DNA of 64,000 nt from NCBI GenBank assembly GCA_046329495.1, contig JAXLUO010000016.1, positions 21,499-85,498 of the forward strand. The letters are read 5' to 3'. The stretch comes from Chitinophagales bacterium. Lineage in GTDB: Bacteria; Bacteroidota; Bacteroidia; Chitinophagales; LD1. This document shows, in pieces, positions 29,102 to 40,400 of the stretch (positions are counted from its first letter, which is position 1; the number at the start of each line of letters is the position of its first letter). The notes under the pieces were generated by a model that saw only the letters and a program-made list of their open reading frames with translations, ran no database searches and was not told the origin of the DNA. The translations under genes were made by a program, and so were the position numbers.

Positions 29102-32100
29102 ATGAAGCATTCATTACTCTTCGGCCTCCTGTTTTTATTGGCCGCAAGCAGTTCTGCCCAACGTATTAATACTAATAGAGAGTTAACCGGCGCCGAAGCA
29201 TCGGAACTGGTAGAAGGCGCAGAACATATCTGGTTAAAAGAAGCGAATACTATTCCTGCATTCATACAATTCAGGATAGGTCAGGAACCTTCAGAACCTT
29301 TCTTCTTTTCGTACATCAGGAAGAAGTTTCAATTACCTGCCAATTATGGCTTTCAATTGCAAAGTTCAGAACCGGATGGCCTTGGCTGGCAGCACAAGCG
29401 TTACCAATTAACAATAAATGGTATACCGGTTACAAACGGTCAATTTGTGACGCATCTGCAGGCAGGCCGGGTAGTTAAGTTCAATGGCTATTTGTTCACT
29501 GGCTTGCAGTTCAACACAACACCCGCAATAAATGAAACCGATGCATTGCAGAAGGCCCTGGACAATATTGGGGCAATACGATACAAATGGCAGGAGGCAT
29601 CAGAGGAGGCTTTCATAAAAATGGAAAGCGGTGATGCTAACGCCACATTTTACCCGAAAGGCGAACTGGCCATAGTACAAGTTGGAGATAACAGCAGTAC
29701 CGATTTTCGCCTTACCTGGAAATTTGATGTATATGCGCAGGAGCCAATGAGCCGCTACTACATTTATGTAGACGCAGAATCGGGCACCGTAGTTAAGAAA
29801 GAATCACGCATTTGCAATGCTAACACAAACGGCACTGCAGTAACGGTTTATAGGGGATCAAGAGCTATTGTTGCCGACAGCTACAACGGAGCTTACCGCT
29901 TAAAAGAAACCACCCGCGGGCTTGGCGTGCATACCTACAATCTTCAAAAGTCAACCAACTATGCAGGGGCAGTTGAATTTACGGATGCCGACAATGTGTG
30001 GAACAATGTAAACGCGAATCTTGATCAGTATGCCGGTGATGCACATTGGGGCGCCGAGATGACATACGACTTCTACCAAAGTATGGGCCGCAACTCCATC
30101 GATAATGCCGGTTACGCGCTGAACCTGTATGTGCATTACAGCACCAATTATCTGAATGCATTTTGGGATGGCACACGAATGACCTTTGGAGATGGAAGCT
30201 CAGGATACACTCCGCTTACTTCACTTGATATTACCGGCCACGAAATTTCGCACGGTTTAGATGAAAAGACAGCCAACCTTACCTATCAGGATGAAAGCGG
30301 TGCACTGAATGAATCGTTTAGCGACATTTTCGGAACGGCTGTTGAATGGTATGCGGATAGCACCGTAGGTAACTGGTTAATAGGCGAGGATATTGGCAGC
30401 GCATTTAGAAGTATGAGCAACCCTAACTCAACCGGCGATCCGGATACCTATCACGGAACAAATTGGTATACCGGTACGGCCGATAACGGGGGCGTGCATA
30501 CCAATAGTAATGTACAAAACCATTGGTATTACCGTCTATCTCAGGGGGGTAGCGGCACTAATGATATAGGGAATACCTATAACGTAACCGCTATAGGCCG
30601 CAACAAGGCCACCAAAATAGCCTGGCGGGATATGGTCTACTATCTAACCAGTTCGGCCGACTATGCAGATTCTCGTTTCTATTCTATTCAAGCAGCAAAC
30701 GATCTTTACGGCGCTTGTTCGCAAGAAGCCATAAGTACCACTAATGCATGGTATGCTGTAGGTGTTGGCGGGCCGTTTGTTTTTGGTGTAGATGCGCAAT
30801 TTACTGCATCGCCAACCAGCGGTTGCTCAGTGCCGTTTACGGTTAACTTTGTAAACAGTAGCACCAATGCAGGAAGTTATAGCTGGACCTTTGGCGATGG
30901 CGGTACAAGCACCGCCACAAACCCTACGCACACCTACTCCAGCCTGGGAGTTTATACTGTTAAGCTAATTGCTGATGGCGGAAGTTGCGGTGTTGATAGT
31001 TTGGTTTCAACCAACCTTATTAACCTCAACGCTGCGAACCCGTGCGTAGTAATAATGAAGGACACCGGCACTTATACCACGCAAACTGCATGCAGCGGTA
31101 CAGTATATGACAATGGCGGTCCCTCGGCTAACTATACCGACAATACCAATAGCGTAGTAACTATCGCGCCAACGGGTGCTACAAGTGTAACGCTCCACTT
31201 TACACAGTTTGCAATGGAAAACACCTACGATTTTCTATATGTGTATGATGGACCAAGCACGGCCAGTACGTTGTTAGGCTCCTATACTGGAACTACCATA
31301 CCGGCTAACATTACTTCCAGTGGCGGGTCAATTACCTTACGGCAATCCAGCGATGAAAGTGTAACTGCCGCGGGCTTTGCTGTTACATGGAGTTGTATTG
31401 CTCCTACCCTACCGCCGGTAGCTAACTTTACGGCAGATGTAACCCAAACCTGTACGGGCAGTATTAAGTTTACGGATCTTTCCACCAATACTCCTACCTC
31501 ATGGAACTGGAATTTCGGCGACGGACAAACTTCAACATTAAAAAACCCCACCCACGTATATGCCAACAACGGCACTTACACCGTAGTACTTACAGCTACT
31601 AATGCCTATGGCAACAATACCCTAACCAAAACTGCTTACATAACTGTAAGTAAGCCATCGGGACCAACAATTGCTAACCAGTCTTCCTGTGGTCCATCGG
31701 CCTTCACGCTTTCCATCACCACCACCGACACACTTAGCTGGGCCGATTCAACAGGAACGGTTGTATCCAATGCCAACCCTTTTACAACGCCGGTGCTAAC
31801 GCAAACACGCACCTATTGGGTTTCCAGTTCGGTTACTGCTCCTTCCTATCATGTAGGTCCTACATATCCATCAGGCGCCACAAATTACACTCAGGCTACG
31901 GAACGTGGAGAAGTTTTTAATGTGCTAAAGCCTGGCATTTTGCAAAGTGTTTATGTAAATGCTTCCGGCGCAGGTAACCGCACCATCCGACTACTAAATG
32001 CCGGAGGCACCGTGTTATATAGCACCACCATAAATATTCCTTCGGGCACAAGCCGTGTTACACTTAATTTTCCATTAACCGTAGGTACCGGCTATCAACT

Positions 32101-35100
32101 TACCGCAACCGGACCGGCAAATTTGTTCCGCAATAGTACGGGCGCAACATACCCGTATACCGATGCGGGGGGAATTGTAAGCATCACTAACAATACCGCT
32201 AATGCAGCGGGATATTATTATTTCTTCTATGATTGGATTGTTAAGGAGAACAACTGCATTTCGTTACAAACGCCTGTAACCCTCACCATTAATCCGGCAG
32301 TAACGGTTAATGTCAGTTCTACTAATATTACCTGTAACGGTGGTAGTAACGGAACAGCAACAGTTGCCGTTATAACTGGAACGCCATCCTACGTTTACAA
32401 TTGGAGTAATGGCGCCAGTACAGCTACTATCAACGGCTTGGGCACGGGTAATTATACCGTTACCGTAACCGATAGTAAAAACTGTTCAGCCACTGCCACC
32501 AAATCCATAACCCAACCTGCTGCCATAATTGCGGGTGTTGCTAAAACAAACGTACTATGCAACGGAGCCGGTAATGGAACTGCCACCGCATCAATTACAT
32601 CAGGTGGGGCTGCTCCGTTTAGCTATAGTTGGAACACCGGCGCTACTACTAATACTATTAATAATCTGGTCCCCGGCACCTATACGGTAAGTATTACCGA
32701 TGTAAACAATTGCACTGCTACTGCCAGTGCCAGCATCACTCAGCCTGCAGCTTTTAATGTAACGGGCACTACCACCAACCTAAGTTGTACTGGTGGAAGT
32801 AATGGCGCCATCAACTTGCAGTTCACCGGCGGCACTTCTCCTTATAACGTAACCTGGAGCAATAGCAGCACTGCCACCAGCTTAACCAACCTGTCTACTG
32901 GCACTTATACGGTAACAGCCCGTGATGCAAACAATTGCTCAGGCACGGCATCCTTTACACTAACTCAGCCGGCTGCCATAACTATAACGCCTTCCGCCGG
33001 CAATACAACCTGCGGGCTTAACAATGGAACCGTGACCACTACCGTGAGCGGGGGCACCGGAGGTTACACCTATGTATGGAACAATGGATCTACCAGCTCC
33101 GGCTTAAGCAGTTTAGCTGCAGGAACCTATAATTTAACTGTAACCGATGGTGCAACCTGTACCGCTACGGGCTCTGCGACAATCGCCGGTTCGGTTGGTA
33201 TTACTGCTACCGCTACGGGCACGAATATTACATGTAATGGTGCAGCCAATGGCACGGCCTTAGCCACTGTTTCTTCAGGCGGAACATTGCCTTACAGTTA
33301 TAATTGGAGTAATGCTGCAACTTCTTCCGGCATCAACAATTTATCAGCCGGCCTTTACAGCGTTACAGTCAGTGATGCTTTATTGTGTTCAACTACTGCA
33401 TCGGTAAACGTTACGCAGCCCGCTGCGCTGCAAGTAAGCGCCACTGCTACCAACCCTACATGCAACGCCGGCACCAATGGCAGCCTAAGTTTGCAAATAA
33501 GCGGAGGCACCTCCGCTTATATTGTAACATGGAGCAACAGTAATTCAGGAACTACTATCGGGAATCTTACTGCGGGAACTTATACAGCCACTGTTACCGA
33601 TGCAAATAATTGCACTACAAGTGTTAGCCAGGTGCTTACACAACCATCAGCAATAAGCCTAACTTCAACGGTCATCAACACAAGTTGCGGCTTTGCCAAT
33701 GGCAACATAAGCACTACTGTAAGCGGAGGAACCGGTAACTACTCCTACGCCTGGGGAACAGGTGCAACCACCGCATCATTAAGTAATCTTTCTGCGGGTA
33801 ACTATTCCTTAACCATTACAGATGTAGCCGGTTGTACTGCAACTGCAAACAGTAACGTGGCAAGTTCGGTTGGCATAATAGCCAGCCTGACTAAAACTGA
33901 TATTACGTGCAATGGCGCTTCAAACGGGACCGCTATGGCAAGTATTTCTTCAGGTGGAACTCCGCCATACAGTTATGTATGGAATAACGGTGCCACTGCC
34001 CCTGGCATAAGCAATCTGACTGCAGGCAACTACATCGTAACTATCACCGATGCAGTTTTGTGTTCGGCAACAGGCACGGCAAGCATTACACAACCTGCAG
34101 CATTAAATATTATTGCCACTACTGTAAACCCGAGCTGTTACGCAGGCACTAATGGCAGCGTTAGTTTGCAAGTTAGTGGTGGCACTACAGCATATTCGTT
34201 TAACTGGAGCATTGGCTCAACGGGAATTTCAAACACCAACCTGGCAGCAGGTACGTATACTGCAACGATCACTGACGCCAACAATTGCACAGCTGCAATT
34301 ACCCGTACACTTACACAACCAAGTGCTATCGCCATTTTGCCAACTGTGACTAATACCACCTGTGGATTTGCCAATGGCAGTATAACTACAAATATTACCG
34401 GAGGAACGGGAACGTATAGCTACAATTGGAACAATGGCGCAACCGCGCCAGCTTTAAGCAACTTAGCAGCAGGCACCTATAGCCTTACAGTAACCGATGC
34501 AGCCAACTGTAGCGCTGTTAGTTCATCAGGTATTACAACTTCAAGTAGTTTGATCGCCAGCGCTTCGGGCGTAAATGTTAGTTGCTTTGGATTAAACAAT
34601 GGCAGTGCAACAGTTGCCGTTAGCAATAATACCAACCCTACTTCCTATAACTGGAGTAATGGCAACACTGTTGCAACGGCCGGCAACTTAAGCGCCGGAA
34701 CCTACACCGTAAGTGTAACGGATGCTAATAACTGCTCGGCCACTGCCGTTTATACCGTTACACAACCCGCTGCTATTTCTGCCTCCGTTACAGCTACAGG
34801 CACTAACTGTACAGGTAACAACGGTACCGTTTCCTTGCAGGTATCTGGCGGAACCGGTAGTTATGGATATGCATGGAGTAATGGAGCAAATACTGCTTCA
34901 CTTAACAATGTAGGTGCGGGCAATTACCTTGTTACAATTACAGATGGTAACAACTGTACCGCAACCGCCGGAGGAACAGTAAATAGCCCCGGAGGAATTT
35001 CGGCATCTGCCACTACAAACATGGTAACTTGTAACGGCGGCGCTACCGGCACCATTGCCATAACCGTTACCGCCGGCACAGCACCATACAACTACAACTG

Positions 35101-37276
35101 GAGCAATGGGGCATCCACCTCAACTATTAGTAATCTAACAGCAGGCATATACGTGGTTACCATCACTGATGCAAACAACTGTTCCTTTGTTTCCAGCAAT
35201 AACATCAGTCAACCTGCAGCTTTGTTAATCAGTGTGAGCGCTACCAATGGAACATGCGGCCAAAGCAACGGAAGTTTACAAACATTGGTTACAGGCGGAA
35301 CAGCCGGATACAATTATAGCTGGAGTAATGGTGCTTCCACCTCCGGCATCACGAACTTAATGGCAGGCAATTATACTATAACTGTTAGCGACGCCCACAG
35401 CTGTAGTAGTTCTCAACAAGCAAGCATTACAACCGGACCAGCTTTAGGTTTTCAGGTTTCAGCTACTAATGCGCCTTGTTTTGGGGGTACAGGTACCGCA
35501 ACAGCAAATGTTACTACAGGTACCGCACCCTATACATATGCCTGGAGCAATGGAGCTACACAAAGCAGCCCGGGTAATTTAGTGGCAGGCTTGTATTATG
35601 TTACTGTATCGGATGTTGCAGGTTGCAGCGCCACGTCCTCGGTAAGTGTATCAGCACCTGTGGCACTCACTGTATCAATTACAACCGTAGATGCGGGCTG
35701 TGCAGGCAACAATGGCAGTGCTACTGCAACCACTACAGGCGGAACAGGTGGTTATAATTATGTTTGGAATACCGGCAGTAGCAATGCTGCATTAAGCGGT
35801 ATCTCAGGTGGTAGTTACACTGTAACGGTTACAGATGCAAACAACTGTAGCACCAGCGCAATCGCTAACGTGGCCAGTTCCGGAGGCATAACCTTAAGCA
35901 CAAGTACACATGATATATTGTGCTATGCTCAAAACACAGGGGATGCTACAGTTAATGTGAATGGAGGACTTGCTCCTTTCACCTATAATTGGAGTAACGG
36001 CGGTAATACAACTGCTATAACCAACCTGCCGGCAGGCACCTATACCGTTTCAGCCACCGATGCCAACAACTGTTTTGCATCAGCCACCCTTGTTATAACA
36101 CAACCTGCGGCACTAAGCACTACCTTATCAGGCATTGAACCACTTTGTCATGGTACAAGTAATGGTCAATTATCCATTGCTGTAAATGGAGGTATCGGAA
36201 CCTATACCTATAGCTGGAGCAATGGTGCCACAAATGCAACCAATACTAACCTTACCGCCGGATTATATAGCGTTACCGTAACTGATGCTAACAATTGCAG
36301 TGTAACCGCCGGTAATACATTAAATGAGCCCGCCGTACTTACCATCGGCCAAACCACAACACAACCCTTGTGCAACGGAGATAATTCAGGAAGTATCCAA
36401 TTGAGCATTCAGGGAGGAACCCCGGCTTATACTTTTAGTTGGAATACCGGCGCTACAACGGCCGGGCTTTCTAACCTAACAGGGGGCAACTATAGTGTTA
36501 CAGTTAATGATGCGAATGGCTGCCTTGCTTCGCAAGCAATATCATTAAGCAATCCGCCGGCGTTAACCCCTATGGCAACTGTCGCCGATGTAGCCTGCAG
36601 TGGAGGCAGTAATGGCTCCATCAGTTTAACTGTAACAGGTGGTACGCCAACTTATACCTATAGTTGGAGCACTGGCGCAACAGCTGCTCAGTTATCGCAA
36701 TTAACAATAGGGACCTACAGTGTTACCGTATATGATGCCAATAACTGTTCTGCATCGTTTTCTACAACTATTAGCCAACCTTCTCCAATCGTCTTTACCA
36801 CCGGTTCTCTTGATGCGTCCAATGGTCAGAATAATGGAACTGCCTGGGTAACTGTTGTTAGTGGCGGCACTGCACCCTATAATTTTGCGTGGACAGGTTT
36901 TGATCTGTACAACAACGATACGCTTTACAATCTCGCGGCCGGCACTTATTGGGTTGTGGTAACGGACGACAACGGTTGCTCCAAAACTGATTCGGTGGTA
37001 GTTAATGCTATCAGTGCTATTAACCAGGTTGCGCTAATGAACCTAAAGCTATTCCCAAATCCTGCTACAGATGCTGTTCAACTTACCGGTGAGTTGATTG
37101 AGAATGGCACCTTAAGTATCAAGAATGAATTGGGACAGGAACTTCATACGCAACCTGTAAACTCAGGAACGTTGAATGTTCACCTGCCAATTGGCTTATT
37201 GGCTTCAGGCATTTATTATCTTGAAATAAAGACGTCGGGTAAATCGATAGTAAAACAATTAGTAATTAGCAGGTAA
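29102..37276 (+). CDS. T9SS-secreted M4 (thermolysin-family) metalloprotease with PKD, CUB, PKD, 21 SprB repeats and type-A CTD
   Basis: 2724 aa; FTP/PepSY propeptide, NAFW, HEISH, GALNESFSD, DNGGVHTNS; CUB (YDFLYVYDG), PKD domains; LFPNPA CTD. Confidence 0.93.
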   Translation: MKHSLLFGLLFLLAASSSAQRINTNRELTGAEASELVEGAEHIWLKEANTIPAFIQFRIGQEPSEPFFFSYIRKKFQLPANYGFQLQSSEPDGLGWQHKRYQLTINGIPVTNGQFVTHLQAGRVVKFNGYLFTGLQFNTTPAINETDALQKALDNIGAIRYKWQEASEEAFIKMESGDANATFYPKGELAIVQVGDNSSTDFRLTWKFDVYAQEPMSRYYIYVDAESGTVVKKESRICNANTNGTAVTVYRGSRAIVADSYNGAYRLKETTRGLGVHTYNLQKSTNYAGAVEFTDADNVWNNVNANLDQYAGDAHWGAEMTYDFYQSMGRNSIDNAGYALNLYVHYSTNYLNAFWDGTRMTFGDGSSGYTPLTSLDITGHEISHGLDEKTANLTYQDESGALNESFSDIFGTAVEWYADSTVGNWLIGEDIGSAFRSMSNPNSTGDPDTYHGTNWYTGTADNGGVHTNSNVQNHWYYRLSQGGSGTNDIGNTYNVTAIGRNKATKIAWRDMVYYLTSSADYADSRFYSIQAANDLYGACSQEAISTTNAWYAVGVGGPFVFGVDAQFTASPTSGCSVPFTVNFVNSSTNAGSYSWTFGDGGTSTATNPTHTYSSLGVYTVKLIADGGSCGVDSLVSTNLINLNAANPCVVIMKDTGTYTTQTACSGTVYDNGGPSANYTDNTNSVVTIAPTGATSVTLHFTQFAMENTYDFLYVYDGPSTASTLLGSYTGTTIPANITSSGGSITLRQSSDESVTAAGFAVTWSCIAPTLPPVANFTADVTQTCTGSIKFTDLSTNTPTSWNWNFGDGQTSTLKNPTHVYANNGTYTVVLTATNAYGNNTLTKTAYITVSKPSGPTIANQSSCGPSAFTLSITTTDTLSWADSTGTVVSNANPFTTPVLTQTRTYWVSSSVTAPSYHVGPTYPSGATNYTQATERGEVFNVLKPGILQSVYVNASGAGNRTIRLLNAGGTVLYSTTINIPSGTSRVTLNFPLTVGTGYQLTATGPANLFRNSTGATYPYTDAGGIVSITNNTANAAGYYYFFYDWIVKENNCISLQTPVTLTINPAVTVNVSSTNITCNGGSNGTATVAVITGTPSYVYNWSNGASTATINGLGTGNYTVTVTDSKNCSATATKSITQPAAIIAGVAKTNVLCNGAGNGTATASITSGGAAPFSYSWNTGATTNTINNLVPGTYTVSITDVNNCTATASASITQPAAFNVTGTTTNLSCTGGSNGAINLQFTGGTSPYNVTWSNSSTATSLTNLSTGTYTVTARDANNCSGTASFTLTQPAAITITPSAGNTTCGLNNGTVTTTVSGGTGGYTYVWNNGSTSSGLSSLAAGTYNLTVTDGATCTATGSATIAGSVGITATATGTNITCNGAANGTALATVSSGGTLPYSYNWSNAATSSGINNLSAGLYSVTVSDALLCSTTASVNVTQPAALQVSATATNPTCNAGTNGSLSLQISGGTSAYIVTWSNSNSGTTIGNLTAGTYTATVTDANNCTTSVSQVLTQPSAISLTSTVINTSCGFANGNISTTVSGGTGNYSYAWGTGATTASLSNLSAGNYSLTITDVAGCTATANSNVASSVGIIASLTKTDITCNGASNGTAMASISSGGTPPYSYVWNNGATAPGISNLTAGNYIVTITDAVLCSATGTASITQPAALNIIATTVNPSCYAGTNGSVSLQVSGGTTAYSFNWSIGSTGISNTNLAAGTYTATITDANNCTAAITRTLTQPSAIAILPTVTNTTCGFANGSITTNITGGTGTYSYNWNNGATAPALSNLAAGTYSLTVTDAANCSAVSSSGITTSSSLIASASGVNVSCFGLNNGSATVAVSNNTNPTSYNWSNGNTVATAGNLSAGTYTVSVTDANNCSATAVYTVTQPAAISASVTATGTNCTGNNGTVSLQVSGGTGSYGYAWSNGANTASLNNVGAGNYLVTITDGNNCTATAGGTVNSPGGISASATTNMVTCNGGATGTIAITVTAGTAPYNYNWSNGASTSTISNLTAGIYVVTITDANNCSFVSSNNISQPAALLISVSATNGTCGQSNGSLQTLVTGGTAGYNYSWSNGASTSGITNLMAGNYTITVSDAHSCSSSQQASITTGPALGFQVSATNAPCFGGTGTATANVTTGTAPYTYAWSNGATQSSPGNLVAGLYYVTVSDVAGCSATSSVSVSAPVALTVSITTVDAGCAGNNGSATATTTGGTGGYNYVWNTGSSNAALSGISGGSYTVTVTDANNCSTSAIANVASSGGITLSTSTHDILCYAQNTGDATVNVNGGLAPFTYNWSNGGNTTAITNLPAGTYTVSATDANNCFASATLVITQPAALSTTLSGIEPLCHGTSNGQLSIAVNGGIGTYTYSWSNGATNATNTNLTAGLYSVTVTDANNCSVTAGNTLNEPAVLTIGQTTTQPLCNGDNSGSIQLSIQGGTPAYTFSWNTGATTAGLSNLTGGNYSVTVNDANGCLASQAISLSNPPALTPMATVADVACSGGSNGSISLTVTGGTPTYTYSWSTGATAAQLSQLTIGTYSVTVYDANNCSASFSTTISQPSPIVFTTGSLDASNGQNNGTAWVTVVSGGTAPYNFAWTGFDLYNNDTLYNLAAGTYWVVVTDDNGCSKTDSVVVNAISAINQVALMNLKLFPNPATDAVQLTGELIENGTLSIKNELGQELHTQPVNSGTLNVHLPIGLLASGIYYLEIKTSGKSIVKQLVISR

Positions 37277-37294
37277 AGCGTTACCGGTATTGGT

Positions 37295-37335
37295 AAAAGA
37301 GGCCGAGGCAATATTTGGTACCGGCCTCTTTTATT
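37295..37335 (+). terminator. Intrinsic terminator
   Basis: AAAAGAGGCCG...CGGCCTCTTTT-ATT. Confidence 0.75.
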
Positions 37336-37462
37336 GTACCTTAACTGCAGGTCTCAAACTTATATTGTAGTTATCTTTTTACAATTCGGGAGTACCAGGC
37401 GGCGCATTCCTTTCATAATTAAAATAGACAAATATATTCACCGCCATAAACCACCTCAGCGT

Positions 37463-40400
37463 ATGAAACAACCCTACTTGTGGTGCCTGTTATTACTGGC
37501 ACTAAACCCTATTAGAGCGGCAGCTTTTGAGCAACGTGAATTAAAGGGCAAAACGGCGGAGCAATACTGGCAAGGAGCTTCGCACATTTGGTTAAAGCAG
37601 GAAAATACCATACCTGCTTTCGTAGAATTCAGGGACGGATGCGAACCTGATGAGAACTTCTTTTTTGCCTACATGCAGAAACGTTTTTTGCTACCGGCAA
37701 ATTATAGTGTACAATTAATAACCTGCGAAACCGATGTGCTTGGCATACAACATAAGCGTTACCAATTGCTGGTGGCCGGTGTACCGGTAAATAACGGGGT
37801 GTTTATACTGCACCTGCTAAACGGAAAGGTGAAGAAATTTAATGGTTATCTGTTTAAGCAAATAACCACAGGTACCACTCCAGCCATTAGCGAACAGCAG
37901 GCACTGAATGCCGCATTAAGTGCAATTGGCGCAACCACCTATAAATGGCAAATAGCAGACGAGGAACAGTTTATACGTATGGAAACAGGAGATCCTGATG
38001 CTACCTACAAACCAAAAGGCGAACTGTTTATCGTGCAGAAGGGTGACAATACAAGCACTACATTCAGCCTTGCATGGCGTTTTGATATATACGCGCAACA
38101 ACCTCTTAGCCGCGATTATGTTTTTGTGGATGCGCAGTCGGGTAAAGTAATAAAGAAAAGTCCAAGACTTTATAACGTAGATGCGCCGGGAGCAGCAGTA
38201 ACCGTTTATCGCGGCAACCGCAGTATTGTAGCCGATAGTTATAACGGAGCCTACCGCTTGCAGGAAGCAAGCCGCGGACTGGGTATTCGCACACTTAACA
38301 TGCAAAAAGGAACCAGCCATAATGCAGCTGTTAACTTCATTGATTCAGACAATGTTTGGAATAATGTAAACGCAAATCTCGATCAATATGCAGGTGATGC
38401 ACACTGGGGAGGGGAAATGACCTATGATTTTTACCAAAGCATGGGCCGTAATTCCATCGACGGAAACGGATACCGGCTTACACTTTATGTGCACTACGAC
38501 CAAAGCTATTACAACGCTTTTTGGGATGGCCAAAGCATGAACTTTGGTGATGGGGATGGCACAGTAGAGCCACTTACCTCCCTTGATATAGCCGGTCACG
38601 AGATTTCGCACGGACTGGATGAACGCACAGCTAATCTTGATTACCAGGACGAAAGTGGCGCTTTAAATGAATCCTTCAGCGATATTTTCGGAACAGCGGT
38701 AGAATGGTATGCCGATAGCACCGTGGCTAATTGGTTAATAGGTGAAGATATTGGAAGCGCCCTTCGTAACATGAGCAATCCCAATGCTACCGGCGATCCT
38801 GATACCTATCATGGCACACACTGGTATTCGGGCACGCAGGATAATGGCGGTGTGCATACAAACAGCAACGTGCAAAACCATTGGTATTATCGCTTAGCAC
38901 AAGGTGGTAGTGGCACTAACGATATAGGCAGTGCATATAACGTAACAGGCATTGGTCGCCATAAAGCTACGCAAATTTCCTGGCGCGACATGGTGTATTA
39001 CCTGACAAACTCTGCCGATTATGCTGACTCGCGCTTCTACTCTATCCAGGCGGCTAACGATCTCTTTGGCCCATGTTCACCAGAAGCTACCAGTACTACT
39101 AACGCCTGGTATGCAGTGGGTGTGGGTGGCCCGTTTGTATTTGGAGTAGATGCACAGTTTACTCCTAACCCGGGAAGTGGTTGCACAGTGCCTTTCACCG
39201 TTTCATTTACAAACACAACTTCGAACGGAAGCAGCTATACCTGGGATTTTGGCGATGGGACAACCTCCACTTCTGCTAATCCTTCGCACACCTATACCTC
39301 TTTTGGCAACTATACCGTAAAACTAATAGCAGATGGCGGTGCCTGCGGCGTAGATAGTATTAGCAGCAACCCTATAAGCGTAAACGCAGCTAATCCATGT
39401 GTTGTAATTTTGCCACAAACCGGTACCTACCAAATGCAAACAGCCTGTAGCGGAACGTTGCTTGACAACGGCGGCGCTTCCGGCAATTATTCCGATAACA
39501 GCAATAGCACAGTAACCATCTCTCCTGCCGGTGCCGCAAAGGTTACAGTTAGTTTTACCCAGTTTGGCATGGAATCGAGCTATGACTATGTTTATATCTA
39601 TGATGGACCGAATACATCCAGCCCCTTATTAGCTTCGTATACAGGCACTACATTACCCGCCTCAGTAACCTCTACCGGTCCATCAATTACGGTAAAGCAA
39701 TATTCCGATCAGGCAGTTAACGACGTTGGCTTTACTATGCAATGGACTTGCGTAAATCCCACCACCATACCTACCGCCAATTTTAAAGCTGATGTTACAG
39801 AAAGCTGTTCCGGTTTAATTCACTTTACGGATCTCACAACAGGTGGCGTAAACTCGTGGGATTGGGACTTTGGAGATGGCAACACCAGTTCCGACCAGCA
39901 CCCCGTACATTTGTACACCAGCAGCGGCACTTATACAGTTAGCCTTACTGCTCATAACAGTTTTGGACCCAACACCGTTACTAAAACCAATTATATAGTT
40001 GTTGCTAAACCATCAGGCCCGGCTGCGGCAAGTATAAATGGTTGCCATGCCGATTCATTTGCCCTTACTGCCTCTACAACTAACCCTGTTAACTGGTACG
40101 ATAACAGCGGTACGTTAGCAGGTACAGGCAACCCGTTTATAACACCCTATTTAACCACGGGCACTACTTACTATGCAGAAGAAGTATTACCTCAACCCAT
40201 TTTTAACGCAGGCCCGGCAGACAGCACTATCGGCACCGGAAGTAACTTTAACGCCAGCAATAACCGGGGCTTGCGTTACCGTGTGTTTAAAAACTGCAGA
40301 TTGGTAAGCGTATTTGTTTATGCTACCGGAAGCGGATATCGTATTATACAACAAAAGGATTCGGCGGGCGCTGTAATACAACAACGCACCGTTTTCTGCC

